From positions 355,530-419,529 of the forward strand of contig NC_068993.1 of NCBI RefSeq assembly GCF_001194135.2: 64,000 nucleotides of DNA, read 5' to 3'. Within the stretch, counting starts at the first letter, position 1, and each line of letters opens with the position of its first letter. Positions 25,011 through 37,170 of the stretch are shown here, in pieces. The translations under genes and the position numbers were made by a program. Under the pieces are notes generated by a model. That model was not told the DNA's origin. It ran no database searches and worked only from the letters and a program-made list of their open reading frames with translations. The stretch comes from Octopus bimaculoides (taxonomy: Eukaryota).

Positions 25011-25621
25011 AAAATCTATCATACATAAAATGTACCACTTTACACAAGAATTTACTGCTATAAAAATTCAAACAAGCAGCATCATAATCAGACAAGTACA
25101 TTTTTTCATTAAAAAATAAATTAATACCAAATATTAATGACAATTTAATCAATGAAAGTCTATGCTTGATTTTTTTTTTTTTTGCAACTTCATATTCTTC
25201 CAGACATCACTCAAAAGAAATTTTTTTTTGTTTTAATGTTTAGGAATATATAAGAAGCAGCTGAAAGTTTTTAAGTGTTTGGTTAAGATGCTTACTTTAA
25301 ACTGACACAGTTCCAGGTTTGATTCTGCTGGGCAGTTCCTTAGGTCAGCATCTTCTACTGTAACTCCACAGTAACCAAAGTCTTCATAGAAACTACGAGG
25401 CAGCCTGCTGTGTAAGTGTGTGGAAACCAGTTTAAACTACCTTATGGTCTTTAAGTCCACATAAGAGGGGGGGCTCTCTTAAAAGACATAACCCCGGTAA
25501 AATTTAAACCATTTCATAAAATTAGCATCAGTCTAAGTACTTGGGTTTAACTGACTAAAACCAGCAAAGGCAGTGCTCCAGCATGACCATCAACCCAATA
25601 AAAATAAACAGGACAACTCAC

Positions 25622-25735
25622 CCGATTATCTACAAATTGCTTCACTTCAATAGAAGGTCCAGTACAGTCTCCAACTTCATAGTCTAGTCGAACTGGTAAT
25701 TCTTTCACTGAAAGCACTAAGCCAACAAACGTCAC
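25622..25735 (-). CDS. RPA2: RPA2 exon 4 (VTFVGLVLSVKELPVRLDYEVGDCTGPSIEVKQFVDNR)
   Basis: Acceptor ttttttaattAG, donor CGG|GTGAGT, 114 nt. Corresponds to [38 protein letters not shown]. Confidence 0.95.
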
Positions 25736-27333
25736 CTAATTAAAAAAAGAAAAGAAGAAAAGAAATTACCAGCCAGTCGTTTGTTAATCACTCCCACCCC
25801 TCTACAGTTAATAGGAGAATGAAACCATTAAGTAGAATTAAAGTATGTGAACAAAGTGTTGGGGTTGGTTGAGTGGCCAAGTAGCTGTAAAGAAATGTTG
25901 AGAAGGCAGCCACACTGTTGTGAGAGAGAGAGAGAGAGACCAACATCGATTCCCAGATCACAGCCAGTTCATATTTCTTTTACTCAGTTTATGTCTCCTG
26001 AAAGCTACAAACAACTGTTGATGTCTCTAAACATAAAGGATAATTTGATTGGATTTTTGTTCAATATTTGGTCAATAAAAGGAAAGAATATGAAGGTTTG
26101 GTCTCCTGTGGGCAGAAGGGTGGCTGGATGTCTAATAGCAATTGTAAGAATTATGTTGACAGCTTATGAAATGATACATTAACATTTTTAAATTTAAGAA
26201 GTACAGTTATGTTATGTAATGATAATTTTATAGAGAAAAACTACAGTGATATTAAAGAATTAATATTCAGTTATTTTAATTTATTTGAATAAGTTTTATA
26301 TTTTGAAAAAAGATTTTAAAATTGCAAAAAAAATATTAAAGTGAAAATCCAGCTTTCATTTGTTTTAATATCTACAAAATAAGCATTTTAATTAAACTTT
26401 TAAAATAAATAAGAGTGAAATAACGTTTATAGAAATGTATGTCAAAGAGGAATTGAACTATTTTCTAAAGAAATGAAACAAAAAAAGACTTAAATAGTTA
26501 TAAATGTGACTTGATATTTCATGCTTGAGCAAAATGGTGACAATGTTTATATTGACACCATGACAAGTTGCTCTGTGCTTTTAAAGAGCTGAGGAATGAA
26601 AACAAAAAAATATCCCTCACTTAAAAACAGGTTGGGAATGGCTCTTAAAAAAGAAAAAAAGCAGCCAGCCGTAGAATCGATGCAAGCATGTAAAACAGAT
26701 AGGGAACAAATGATTTTTACACTAATGTCAACTGAACCAAGGGGGACAACTCAAAATAACTTGTTACAACTATTATGCATTATATAAATTATATTTTGGT
26801 AGAGAATATTTTTTAAGAAAATTAAATTAGTATCAACAGCAGGCAAAGTATTTTGAAATAGACACATGGCCAATTCTCGAGCCGATGACGCCTACTCAGC
26901 CAGAAACATGTACCCACGACTGTCCTTTTCTATCCAGACAACAAGTTTGTCCTTTTCAATAATTGGCATATTCAATTCTAGAGAATTTGCTGAATCTTGC
27001 AATTATCCGCCACCCTGTCTCAACTGGTACCCTTGCCAGTGGCAAGTAAAAACACCCATTACACTCCGTAGAGTGGTTGGCATTAGGAAGGGCATCCAGC
27101 CATAGAAACCATGCCAAATCAGACTCCTCAGCTTACCAGCCCTGGTCAAACCATCCAACCCATACCAGCAAGGACAATGGACGTTAAATGATGATGCTGA
27201 TAAGCGAGCACTGAACATCTAATTCATCATGCAACTGGTGTTAAAAAGAAAAGTTTATCATTTGCTGTAAACTCAGAATCTGATGCTCAAACTAGCAAGG
27301 AAATGATATAGAAAAAACAAAAACATATCCGAC

Positions 27334-27444
27334 CTGTGAAAGTTTGATATTGTCAGAAAAGAATTCGTCTACATTCTGATGAGCATATATTATTTCAGAA
27401 ATGGTAACTGGCATGATGTAGTCGACTTTATCTTTATCATCTGA
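27334..27444 (-). CDS. RPA2: RPA2 exon 3 (SDDKDKVDYIMPVTISEIIYAHQNVDEFFSDNIKLSQ)
   Basis: Acceptor tattctttcAG, donor CAG|GTCGGA, 111 nt. IMPVTISEII...LSQ corresponds to human IVPCTISQLL...ISQ at the start of OB-fold DBD-D. Confidence 0.92.
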
Positions 27445-28639
27445 CTGAAAGAATACAAAAAATGACATGAGCAAATCATACAAATATAGAAACTATAAAC
27501 ATAACCAACATTTCTAAGGAGTCATCCGACACCCAGTTGCCCTGGCCAGACAAGCTTCATTAGACTTTATGTTCATCATTAGTATTAATTTAATGACAAC
27601 ATGCCATATGGCAATGTATTAAGTTAGTAGAACCAGGAGATCCACCACCCTCAGCCATCCACACCTCCTCCTCCCTCCATAATTTCTTTATTTTAAACTT
27701 AGAAAAGACCTATGGGAGATTAGATACTATTCATTTTTCAACAAATGTGTGTGTGCATGTGCGCATACACACACACTTTCAAAATGTGTTCTGTGATTAT
27801 TTTGGATGTCTACTCAAGCATAGCAATGTGGTGGCTCTTTTGTCACAAATGTGGCAAGAACAAAGACAATTCAAATTGCTGAAATAAGTGCAGGGTTGTT
27901 ACCTGTGCTTGCTTCAAGCCCAGATTAAAACAATCATTAAATTAATATTTTCATCTCCTCACCACATGATTATTTAACAAAAATTGTTTGTCCTCGTTAC
28001 ATTATAACGATAGCCCCTAACTTCAGTCTGTAATTGCTTGAATCTGCCTCACACAACATCTGAAGAATTCTCTAAAACAATGAATACTCCAGACATAATC
28101 ACAAAAATTAATTAAAATTGCAATGACAAGTCATTTGAATAACAAACCTTTGAGTCCTTGTTTGATGCACTCATGCCAGGGGACATATAACCCCCACCAC
28201 CTTGCGTGTTATTAGGGTTGTAACTGTCATAACCTACAACAAAGAAGAAATATTGTCAGATTTCCTTAGGTAGAAACATAACAGCAGAGATAATATACGA
28301 CCAAGTTTTTATGGGTGTGGAGTTGTATGCGTGTGTATATATATCATTTAAAGTTCGTTTTCCATGCTAGCATGGGTTGGATGGTCTTTTACAATAAAAT
28401 AATAAATTTAGTCCATTGTTTGGGTTGGTCTGTTTCTACAATTATGAATTCCTTAATGTCAGAATTCACTGATTTGATGCAGGTGGCTGGTAGTGAATGA
28501 TGTTTGTAACCATCTATATTAGTGCATCTGTAGCTAATTATACAGACCTGTACAAGGCTGGTAAAAGGTGCAAGCCAGATGCGAAATCTAAGCTGAACTA
28601 CTCATGCAGTATTTTAACAACAGCAACAATAATAATAAT

Positions 28640-28900
28640 CATTGAATGTCCGTTTTCCATGCTGGCATGAGTTGGGCGGGCTGACAGGAACTGGCTAAAC
28701 AGAAGACTGCACCAGGCTTCACTGATTGTTTTGGCAGGGTTTTTATGGTTGGATGCCCTTCCTAACATCAGCCACCTTACAGAGTGGAGTGAGTGCTTTT
28801 CACGTGGTAAGGCACCTAGACATTGCTTTTACAGCTGGATGCCCTTCCAAGCGCCAACCACTTTACAGAGTGGACTGGATGCACCAGCACTGGCACGATC
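28640..28900 (-). mobile_element. RTE-family 3' terminal fragment
   Basis: Reverse complement of the common GGCATCCAGC...CATGCCAGCATGGAAAACGGAC tail. Confidence 0.65.
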
Positions 28901-29759
28901 ACCAAGTAACTTGCAAAATAAAGATCCTTGGGGGAAGTCATGGGAGGAAGTGGCCTTGTGCCAGGTGATGAGGTTAGAGGGTGTGACAGAGGGATAGAAA
29001 CAGGTGCATTGCTGTAGAGGAGATACAGAGAAATTCCCTCTAAATGATAGGCATAATATCAACTGTCCCTTCTCAACTTCCACCGCTACATGAACATGGA
29101 TCCACTATATGATCCTTTGGTCAAGTGTGAGTTACTGTATCACTTAATGGCACTCATTTTATTAATATTGTGTCTTAAGAAGAATTGGGGAATTAAAAAC
29201 TGCTGGAATCAGCAGACAAATTTTAAAAATGAAACTGAAATAATTGTTTATAAACACAAACATTGTTTATTAAATTCAAAGTTTCATTATATAATAAATG
29301 CTATTTATATGCACTTGAATGGGTACCAAATAGAAACATAGTTGTAATAATTGATACTTCAATAATCTTTAAACATAGTTTAGTTTATAATATTTTGAAA
29401 CGAAGGCAAGGAATCTTGTAAAAAGGCAGAAAATTCAGTATTTCGTGATTTTGATTATTGGTATCTGGCTTTCAGGTACACGAAATTTATTTCTTGATGT
29501 GGAATTATTTCTTCTGTCCCAGTCTTACTGTACAAATTCAGTTTCTTGATTGTTATTCCAAAATATATTTTTTCTAAAGATTTCCAGAACACCAGGAAAC
29601 AATATTTTTCTCTTTAAATTTCCTATTTCGTTGTTAATAGCCACTTATTTACTCTCTGGATAAAAACTTTAAATAATGATTAGCGATGCCTGTACTTTTT
29701 GCCGAAATAAAACTATGAAGATGAATTTATTGCGATGTAAATTAAATTATTTTAATTAC

Positions 29760-29833
29760 CTCACAGTTTGTTGTTGATGAAAGTGAAGAAAAGTCATTGT
29801 AACAGGACGACGAGGCAGAGATATCTCTCCAGG
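29760..29833 (-). CDS. RPA2: RPA2 exon 2 candidate (AWRDISASSSCYNDFSSLSSTTNCE)
   Basis: Acceptor tttttgttaAG, donor GAG|GTAATT, 74 nt, phase 1 to 0. It bridges exons 1 and 3 in frame. Ser-rich but poorly conserved, so less certain. Confidence 0.6.
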
Positions 29834-31412
29834 CTTAACAAAAACATTTTTATTAATTCAAAAGAAACAAAGAAGTGTTTGTGGCTGAGTTAATCCATAA
29901 TTAAAACATCGTTTTCATTTCAAAGAAAGACGTCATTTATAAACTACTTAAAATTACATTTCTTACTTAAGGAATGATGTCAAATTGCTTTTAATAACTT
30001 CTGTTGGTAAAAAAAAAATTAAGAAAATTAAAATAAGAGAGGAACTCATAATTTTAGTCGATTTTCGCTTACTTTTGAATAAATGTGGCGATTTACGACG
30101 GGATGTTCCCATAAACTGACGCCTTCAAGAAAACTTTCAGAAGACTTAATGGAAATTTCAAAACTTAGATGTTATTTATTCACCTGAATCAAATATTTCA
30201 GAGTCAATATATTCCCAAATATTAAAAAAAATTCGTTTCGATAGACTCACTTTTATTTGAACTTGTTTGGTTTTAATATTTACAAGATGTTATTACTGGC
30301 AGAGAATCGTTAGCTTCGTAGCATTTCATTCATCTTTATGTTGGGAGTTCAAATTCCCCTGACATCGAGTTTGCCTTTCATCTTTTCATGGTTGATTAAA
30401 AAAAAGGTACCAGATGAGCACTGGGGTCGATTTAATTGGCTAGCCCCCACCCTTAAATTTCAGGCCTTGTGCCTACAGTAGAAAGAATTCTTATAGTAAA
30501 CATAAAACCAAGTCAGTGCCAGTATTGAGTCTGTTCCTTTATCCCTATCTATGAAATAATTCACGATTTCAAGGTATTTCATGTTATGTTTAACCCCAAC
30601 AGGTGATGAGGCTGACAGAGAGAGAGAGAGGCTGGATATGTTGGAACATTTCCCGCCAAGTAAAAACTCGTGTTTTTACTATATTTTCCCTAAAATTTAT
30701 TAGAAGAATGTATTAGAATTGGTTAAAAAAAACACATTTCAAGTTGGGAAGAGGATAGTTGTAAACAATAGCAACTAAATAATATTCATTAAAAACGATA
30801 ATTGACATTATGTCGTATGTGAATTTAAAGAGAACCTTTATCGTCGTAAATGTTTTCTTGCAAAATCACCGAGTTCGTACATAAATGAGGGAGAATATAA
30901 AGTTGATGTTAGTAAATGGATTGTAACGTAGGCTCCTTCAAATCATACTCTATCGTCGTGAAAAAAAGGAAGAACGTTAGATAATACAATCCAGATTACA
31001 TTATTAGAACTAGAAAAGTAAATACTTGTCGAGATGGTCATGTCCAGAAAACATTTGACTGTATGTACGATCAATGAGAGTCGACTTGGGGTTAAAACAA
31101 CGCTCTTACTATTGATCTTCTATTGATCCAGACGAAAAGCTGAACTGATTCTGTCAGGATTCGAACTCAAAATGTAGAATATAACTACTAAACACGTATA
31201 AGATACATCAAAGTACTTCTTCCTTCGTCTGTCAAATATATATTGTACATGGACTGAACAGATTTAAGGTAACAGTCCTAGATATAAATCTTGTTTGACT
31301 TCTTCGAGGAATTGAAGTTATGCCAAAGTTTACTCCTCGATTAAATATTCTATAAAGTGTATTTTCAAAAGGATTTTGAGGTGTAATTTAGCTGTTTTCA
31401 TAAGAGACTTAC

Positions 31413-31431
31413 CTCCTTGTGTGCTCCACAT
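31413..31431 (-). CDS. RPA2: RPA2 coding exon 1 (MWSTQG plus 1 nt)
   Basis: ATG TGG AGC ACA CAA GGA G|GTAAGT. The MW start and phase-1 intron parallel human RPA2 exon 1 (MWNS...). Confidence 0.82.
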
Positions 31432-31458
31432 TTTGCTTTCGTTGAAAGTAACAATTAT

Positions 31459-31467
31459 GGCGGGAAA
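31459..31467 (-). promoter_or_regulatory. E2F site TTTCCCGCC upstream of the RPA2 ATG
   Basis: Canonical TTTSSCGC match 28 nt from the start codon of a DNA replication gene. Confidence 0.65.
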
Positions 31468-31798
31468 GTTTGAGAGTGCGTTACACTTATCTCCCTTCTA
31501 TCGACAACCTTAAAAGAGATCGATTCAATTGACTTTTATATATCGATCTCTGTTGAACAGTGCAGAAATTGTCTTCTTCACCAGAAATATTTGAAGTTGA
31601 TGGAGATATAGTTCTTGATCAACAGTAAGAACTATATATCTATACACACACACACATATAAGTATACCATTCTGCCTAAATAATGGAACTGAAGGTACAA
31701 TATCCCTGCATATCTCACGTCTATTCTCATTCTTCCACTTCACTCTCTATTTCATATCTTAGCTAGAATAACTATTGCTTAACCATTTTCTCACACCT

Positions 31799-31844
31799 TC
31801 TCTGATGAAGGGATATATAAAATATCCCGGAAACAGCTGTAAGA
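31799..31844 (+). ncRNA. Minimal type I hammerhead ribozyme motif
   Basis: TCT-CTGATGA-A-GGGATAT/ATAAA/ATATCCC-G-GAAAC-AGCT-GTA-AGA. Contains the CUGANGA and GAAA cores, a 7-bp stem II, a palindromic ACAGCTGT stem III, a GUA cleavage triplet (after 31841) and a 3-bp stem I. Confidence 0.75.
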
Positions 31845-32090
31845 CCTTCTCTTTATAAATGTTCTGAAATCTTTCACAGCCTTGGATTTTTATCTCATTC
31901 TGTTAATTTTTTTATATATACACATGGTGATATATGACCTACGTTAGACTCCTTATTTGCATAATCACCGAACCTGGAGCTTAACTATAGTCTGTCCATA
32001 GCACTTACTCAGGATTACCTGACACCTTTGGGTCTTCTTGACACCATTACCTCTCATAACCACTCTGTCTGTCTGTCTCTCTCTCTCTTT

Positions 32091-32144
<54 letters not shown>

Positions 32145-32429
32145 GCAGTTAGAAATGATAAAGTTTTGTATTAAAAAATAATAATCGATGGTAGTCAATT
32201 TGTCTGTTGATCAAGAATTTTCTCCATTTTCTGCTTAATTTAAATTTGATTCCTGATAAACACTTGTTTATTTTGTTATTGCCTGCATCCTAGGAGCATA
32301 GTATGCCTGCATATGTATGCCCAGGGTTAACATAGGTAATTTACACTGGTAGTAAAGACGGATATTCTTCTCTCTTAGATGGTTATTCCAACCACTAACT
32401 CTACTAACCTATATGTTTGTGACGGTGGT

Positions 32430-32750
32430 ATGTGAAAAACGACATTCAAGCGAGGGCGTTGCCAGTGCCACTGGACTGGCTCCTGTGCAGGTGACACGTA
32501 GAAACACCATTTGAGTGTGGCCATTGCCAGTACCGCCTGACTGGCCCTTGTGCCTGTGGCACGTAAAAACACCCACTACACTTTCGGAGTGGTTGGCATT
32601 AGGAAGGGCATCCAGCTGTAGAAACTCTACCAGATCAGATTGGAGCCTGGTGCAGCCATGTGGCTCACTAGTCCCCAGTCAAACCGTCCAACCCATGCCA
32701 GAAAAGAAAGCGGACGTTAAACGATGATGATGATGATGATGATGATATAT
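32430..32750 (+). mobile_element. RTE-family 3' UTR fragment with subrepeats and (GAT)n tail
   Basis: Close match to 57680-57990. Confidence 0.8.
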
Positions 32751-35149
32751 ATATGTAGTGACTTTATTTAGGCATAGAGTAGATTCGAACCTGAATCTGC
32801 CAATTTCCCTTAACATTTCAACAGCATTTTTCTCCCAGAAAAATAATGGTCAGCAGTTACATTTACCAAATGGCTTCGCTAAGCCGATTTATGTCTTTGC
32901 CACTTGACCTTTCTAACCTCTTCTAGGCCATGAAAAGTTACAATTGAGATAACAGGTTGACCCCCAATGGAATCTATTGTTCTCAACAATATATCTATTT
33001 TTCTAACTAGTTTTGTATAGTTATAAATACTAGAACTCCGTAAACCAAAATTGGTTGGTGAACAGAGGCAAGTAGAGATGGCCACAGGCAGACAGCCACT
33101 TGAAACAAACGGCCCAAGGGAGAAAGAAAACAATCAACCACTATGAGACATACAACTACCCCCTCCACTCTCTCACTTTCACATACATTTGTGTGTGCGT
33201 GTGCCTGCACACACACTCATGCACATGCACGTACCCCACCACCACCACCCACACACACACACGTATTTCAACAGCTGAAATTTTAGTTTCATCTTTTTGT
33301 CACTTGTCTTGTTTTGTCCAATCAGAGCTCACTTGTACATCAGCCATTTTAGCTATTTTTGAATCATCTTTCAGCAGTCAGCAGCCATGGGTAAACTCTT
33401 TTATTTCGTTCTCTCTCTCTCTTTCTCTTTACTAACATTTAGTGCTTGGTGTATCTTCTTGACAATAAAATCACTTGTTACACAACATGACGCACATTAA
33501 ACTGAATATGAAATGACGTTTGTCAATTGTTATTTCTGCAAGTTTCACATCAACTCTGATATTTGCTCTTTCTCTCTATCGACGGCTCTCATCCGCATGT
33601 CGTCTGCTACACCATTCTTTACTTCTGCATGAGACTCTGTGTTTGATTCTCTATTCATCCGACTGCATACACCACACAGCTTGTAGATGAGATTTTGTGT
33701 TTGAAATTAAAATCTTTCATGGAAACAGTATACAATTAAGGGTTCCTCCGAGTCCTGCTTGGCCCAGGAACTCATCAACATCTCTAGTATTGGGACGGTG
33801 ACAAAATGCACCCAGAACATTCAGTAAAATGGTCGGTATAAGGAACAGAGTCCAGGCATAGAAATCAAACCAAAGTACATGTAAGAACACTTTGTCTTAG
33901 AGAGCTGTCGTTCATGATGATCTGTCCGACCCATGCCAGCATGAAAAGCAGATGTAAAATGATGATGATGATGAGTCATGGTGAAGTCCAATTGCACCCA
34001 AAACCTGTCTGTTTCCATACAGGTAAAACAAAAACAAAAACATTTCCAGTTGAAACATGCAACTCTCTTTTCCTCCCCTCTGACAATCCTAATATTTGCC
34101 TTCTCAACGGAATTTGTCTTTCTAAAGAATTAGTTTATAGAGTTGAGGTCTCACTTGTAGCAAAAAGCTGTATACAGTTCACTGAAAATTCTTTCAAAAA
34201 AAAACATGATGAAGTTGATGCTATCAACTAACATCTTCCTCACCAAATCTCAGGCTTTGTGCCTTTATTAAAAGCAGTTGTTGTTGTTCTTCTTCTTCTT
34301 CTCATTATTATTATTATTATTATTATTATATCATTACCAGTTTATTCTCTGTTTGTACTTACAATTGTGGTTGAAATAAATTAACTGAACTGAAAAAGGA
34401 GAGCGAGAGTAGTGGTGGCGAGGAAGTTGTATATCCAGGGTCTTTGCAGTCCTTTTAAAGACAGCTGTGTAGGCAGGGCATTTGCATGTCTCTGGGGGAC
34501 AGGGAAATCACTAGAGGAAAAGTGTGAAGCCAGGACCTTTTCTTGCTTGTTACCTGAGGACAATGAGAGCATTGGAAGAAATGTACCTGTCATACAAACA
34601 ATGATGTTTGCTTGGAATCTCTTGTGAAACCACATCCAGCCATTGTGCTATTTATGTTTGAAGGACTTGGGAAAATATTACCTTATTTGGAAGCAGATGT
34701 GGGTTGGTGAAAGAAGGGCATCCAGTCATAAAATTTGCCTTAATAAATTTCAGACCCATGAAAGTGTAGAAGAACGTATGTTGTTGTTGATGATGATGGT
34801 GATGGTGATGGTGATGATGGTTATATATGATGAGAATCTACAAGAGAATGTTGGCAAAGAGAAAATAATTGAAACCATTATTTTAAATGGAATCTGTGAA
34901 TGAGAATACATAGAATTTGATGTGGGATTTTAGCCAATAAAATTTAACAATATATGTTAAAAGTAGTCAATGTAGTTGGCAGTGGATTAATTGAGTTTTG
35001 AAATGAGTGAAGACATGGGGTGGGGTGTGTGGTGAGAATCTTATCTCCTGATGAAAACACATCCTTAACACAGCTGGGATCACACTGTAATGATTGGTCC
35101 TTCTTTTCATGGCCAGAAGATACTTCATTCTGCAATAGTTATTAATGCC

Positions 35150-35530
35150 TTATAAAGCTCAAGTGAGGCCCACAATAGTGTTGCTGCTTTTACTCTATAC
35201 ACAGGCATCCTAGATCACATCTGGAAAAGAGCCACTCAACCAATTGCTATAAAGTCACACAGACACAGTCCCCTCTTCCTGTTTATTTACCACTACTATA
35301 ATGGCCTCTGCTCTTTGGAACTGGCTGGGCTCATGCTACCACTTCCACTCAAGCATTCTATCCATTTGTCTCTTCTTCTTTTATCCACACCTTGTTGTGT
35401 CCAATCCTGCTCTCACTACACCAAATTGATCTTTCTTGCAGGTGTTAACTTACAAGAGTCCAAGAGAAATATAAACGGCATCAACCTCACCAGTCTTGCA
35501 GGAGGGGCCTGTGTGACCTGCCCCTTCCTC
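35150..35530 (+). mobile_element. CR1/L2-like LINE 3' end fragment (related piece about 45640-45790)
   Basis: Translates as FIYHYYNGLCSLELAGLM...NLQESKRNINGINL, a LINE C-terminal YRYYNG.CS.EL / NLQ.FK..IN motif. Confidence 0.6.
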
Positions 35531-36769
35531 CAGACAAATAAACAGAAAAGCTTAATTAGAAGAAAGAATACAAAGCTTTTAGAATCGTCGGAGAGGAAAA
35601 CTACTAATTGTATAGAATAACGGAGTAAATATAAATGTAACATCAGCTCTCCAAATATATATCAGTAGTTTATTTTCTTGTCTATATGTATTATACACAC
35701 TGGCATGTGTATATATATATATATATATATATATCCTGCAATAGACCAGCGTCCTGTCCCAGATGGGAAATATATATACCACAGATTCTGGGAAACAGGC
35801 CTTATGAGCTTATGGCTCAGGAAGGACCCTTGAGCCTTGATGTGTGTATATCAATTGTGTATACACCAACTTGTCTGAACAAAAGATGGGATGGTCGCTG
35901 TTGGAACGTCTTTAATTAAATGTCTGCTGGATCAGGGCTTAAATAACAACAATGATAGCTACATTAAGTAATATCTTCCCAGATTCACTACAGAAGTGGA
36001 TGGCCATAGCTGGAACACCTTCGATCATATCTCTACTGGTTCATGATTGACCTGGGGTTAAAAAAAATCTATAAAATTGCAAGGAATTGTTTATTTTTAA
36101 AGATGGTATTTTAAGATAATAATGGCACTTACCAATAATGAAATGACAAAGACAGACAATGTCAGCTGCCCTTTCAAGTCAAGATTACAAGAAGCAATGT
36201 CATTTTGTCACTTACCATTCTGTGTAGAGTAGCAAAGAAGAAAAAAATGCTTCATAAACCCAACAGACACAAATACATAATTGTGACATTTTATAATGGA
36301 ACATTCCAATAATAAGACCTAATAATTCTGGAAGGGTCCAATATAAATTAGGAAGGGAGGGTAAAGTTGCTTAAATGACCTAAAAAAAAAACATCAACCA
36401 AAAAATTTATTTTTTTAAGTTAAAAATCATAAAACAAAACTAAATTTGTAATGAAATATTTTGGAACTGGAAAAGTTTTCCTCTATGCATACATATACAT
36501 TCATATTGGTATCAATGACCAAATAGATACACACACATAACTGTGTACATATTAATCAAAGTATAGACTACTATAGATCCATTTCAGCTAAACTTACTGA
36601 TTGGTTTTCACACTGGCTATTAGATAACAGTGTGCTTAACTAACACAACATGCTCTTCAGAGATTGCACAAATGGAGAATATATAAAGTGTTTTTTTTTC
36701 CAAACATAACTAAATAAATAAGATGTGATCTAATGAAATACTTTTGAAGCAAGAAATTGTTAGCATCTT

Positions 36770-37170
36770 CGTATTACTTTAACTCTCCTGCTCTGTGAAT
36801 GGATTTCAAAATGTATCAGTTTTGTTCCTTGAATCACTCAATACTTTTTCCCTTGCAATGTCTTCATATTCTAATATTATCATTTATTGCTATCTCCACC
36901 AACACCATCATCCACTTGTAGGTTCAATACCATGGAATAACCATCTCAAACTTTCTCTTGTGGTTCTTCTTATATACATTCTCTGGCTTTTAAATCTGTC
37001 CAATTTTTGATATTATCGCTCCTAAATAATGTAACTCATGATTCTCTGCCTTCCTCCTTTCCGATCCATTTCCATTCTAGTTTCTCTCTTTGACTGTGGC
37101 GAACAAAAAGTTTTCTGAGTTTTTGCCATTTTCAAGTACTTCTTCCTTGGTTTTTCGTTCTGTCATAAAA
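36770..37170 (-). mobile_element. Degenerate RTE C-terminal fragment
   Basis: Begins MTERKTKEEVL, similar to RTE WTERKTNEEVL; interrupted downstream. Confidence 0.5.

Noticed and set aside
27375-27410. Second hammerhead (CTGATGAG...GAAA)
   Set aside because: No pairing stem II or III. It is the antisense of RPA2 exon 3. Other CTGATGA hits (13241, 35049, 62191) also lack the GAAA core geometry.
32879-33133. 84-aa minus-strand ORF as a gene between RPA2 and MARCH
   Set aside because: No recognisable domain or consistent splice partners. It may be decayed LINE sequence.
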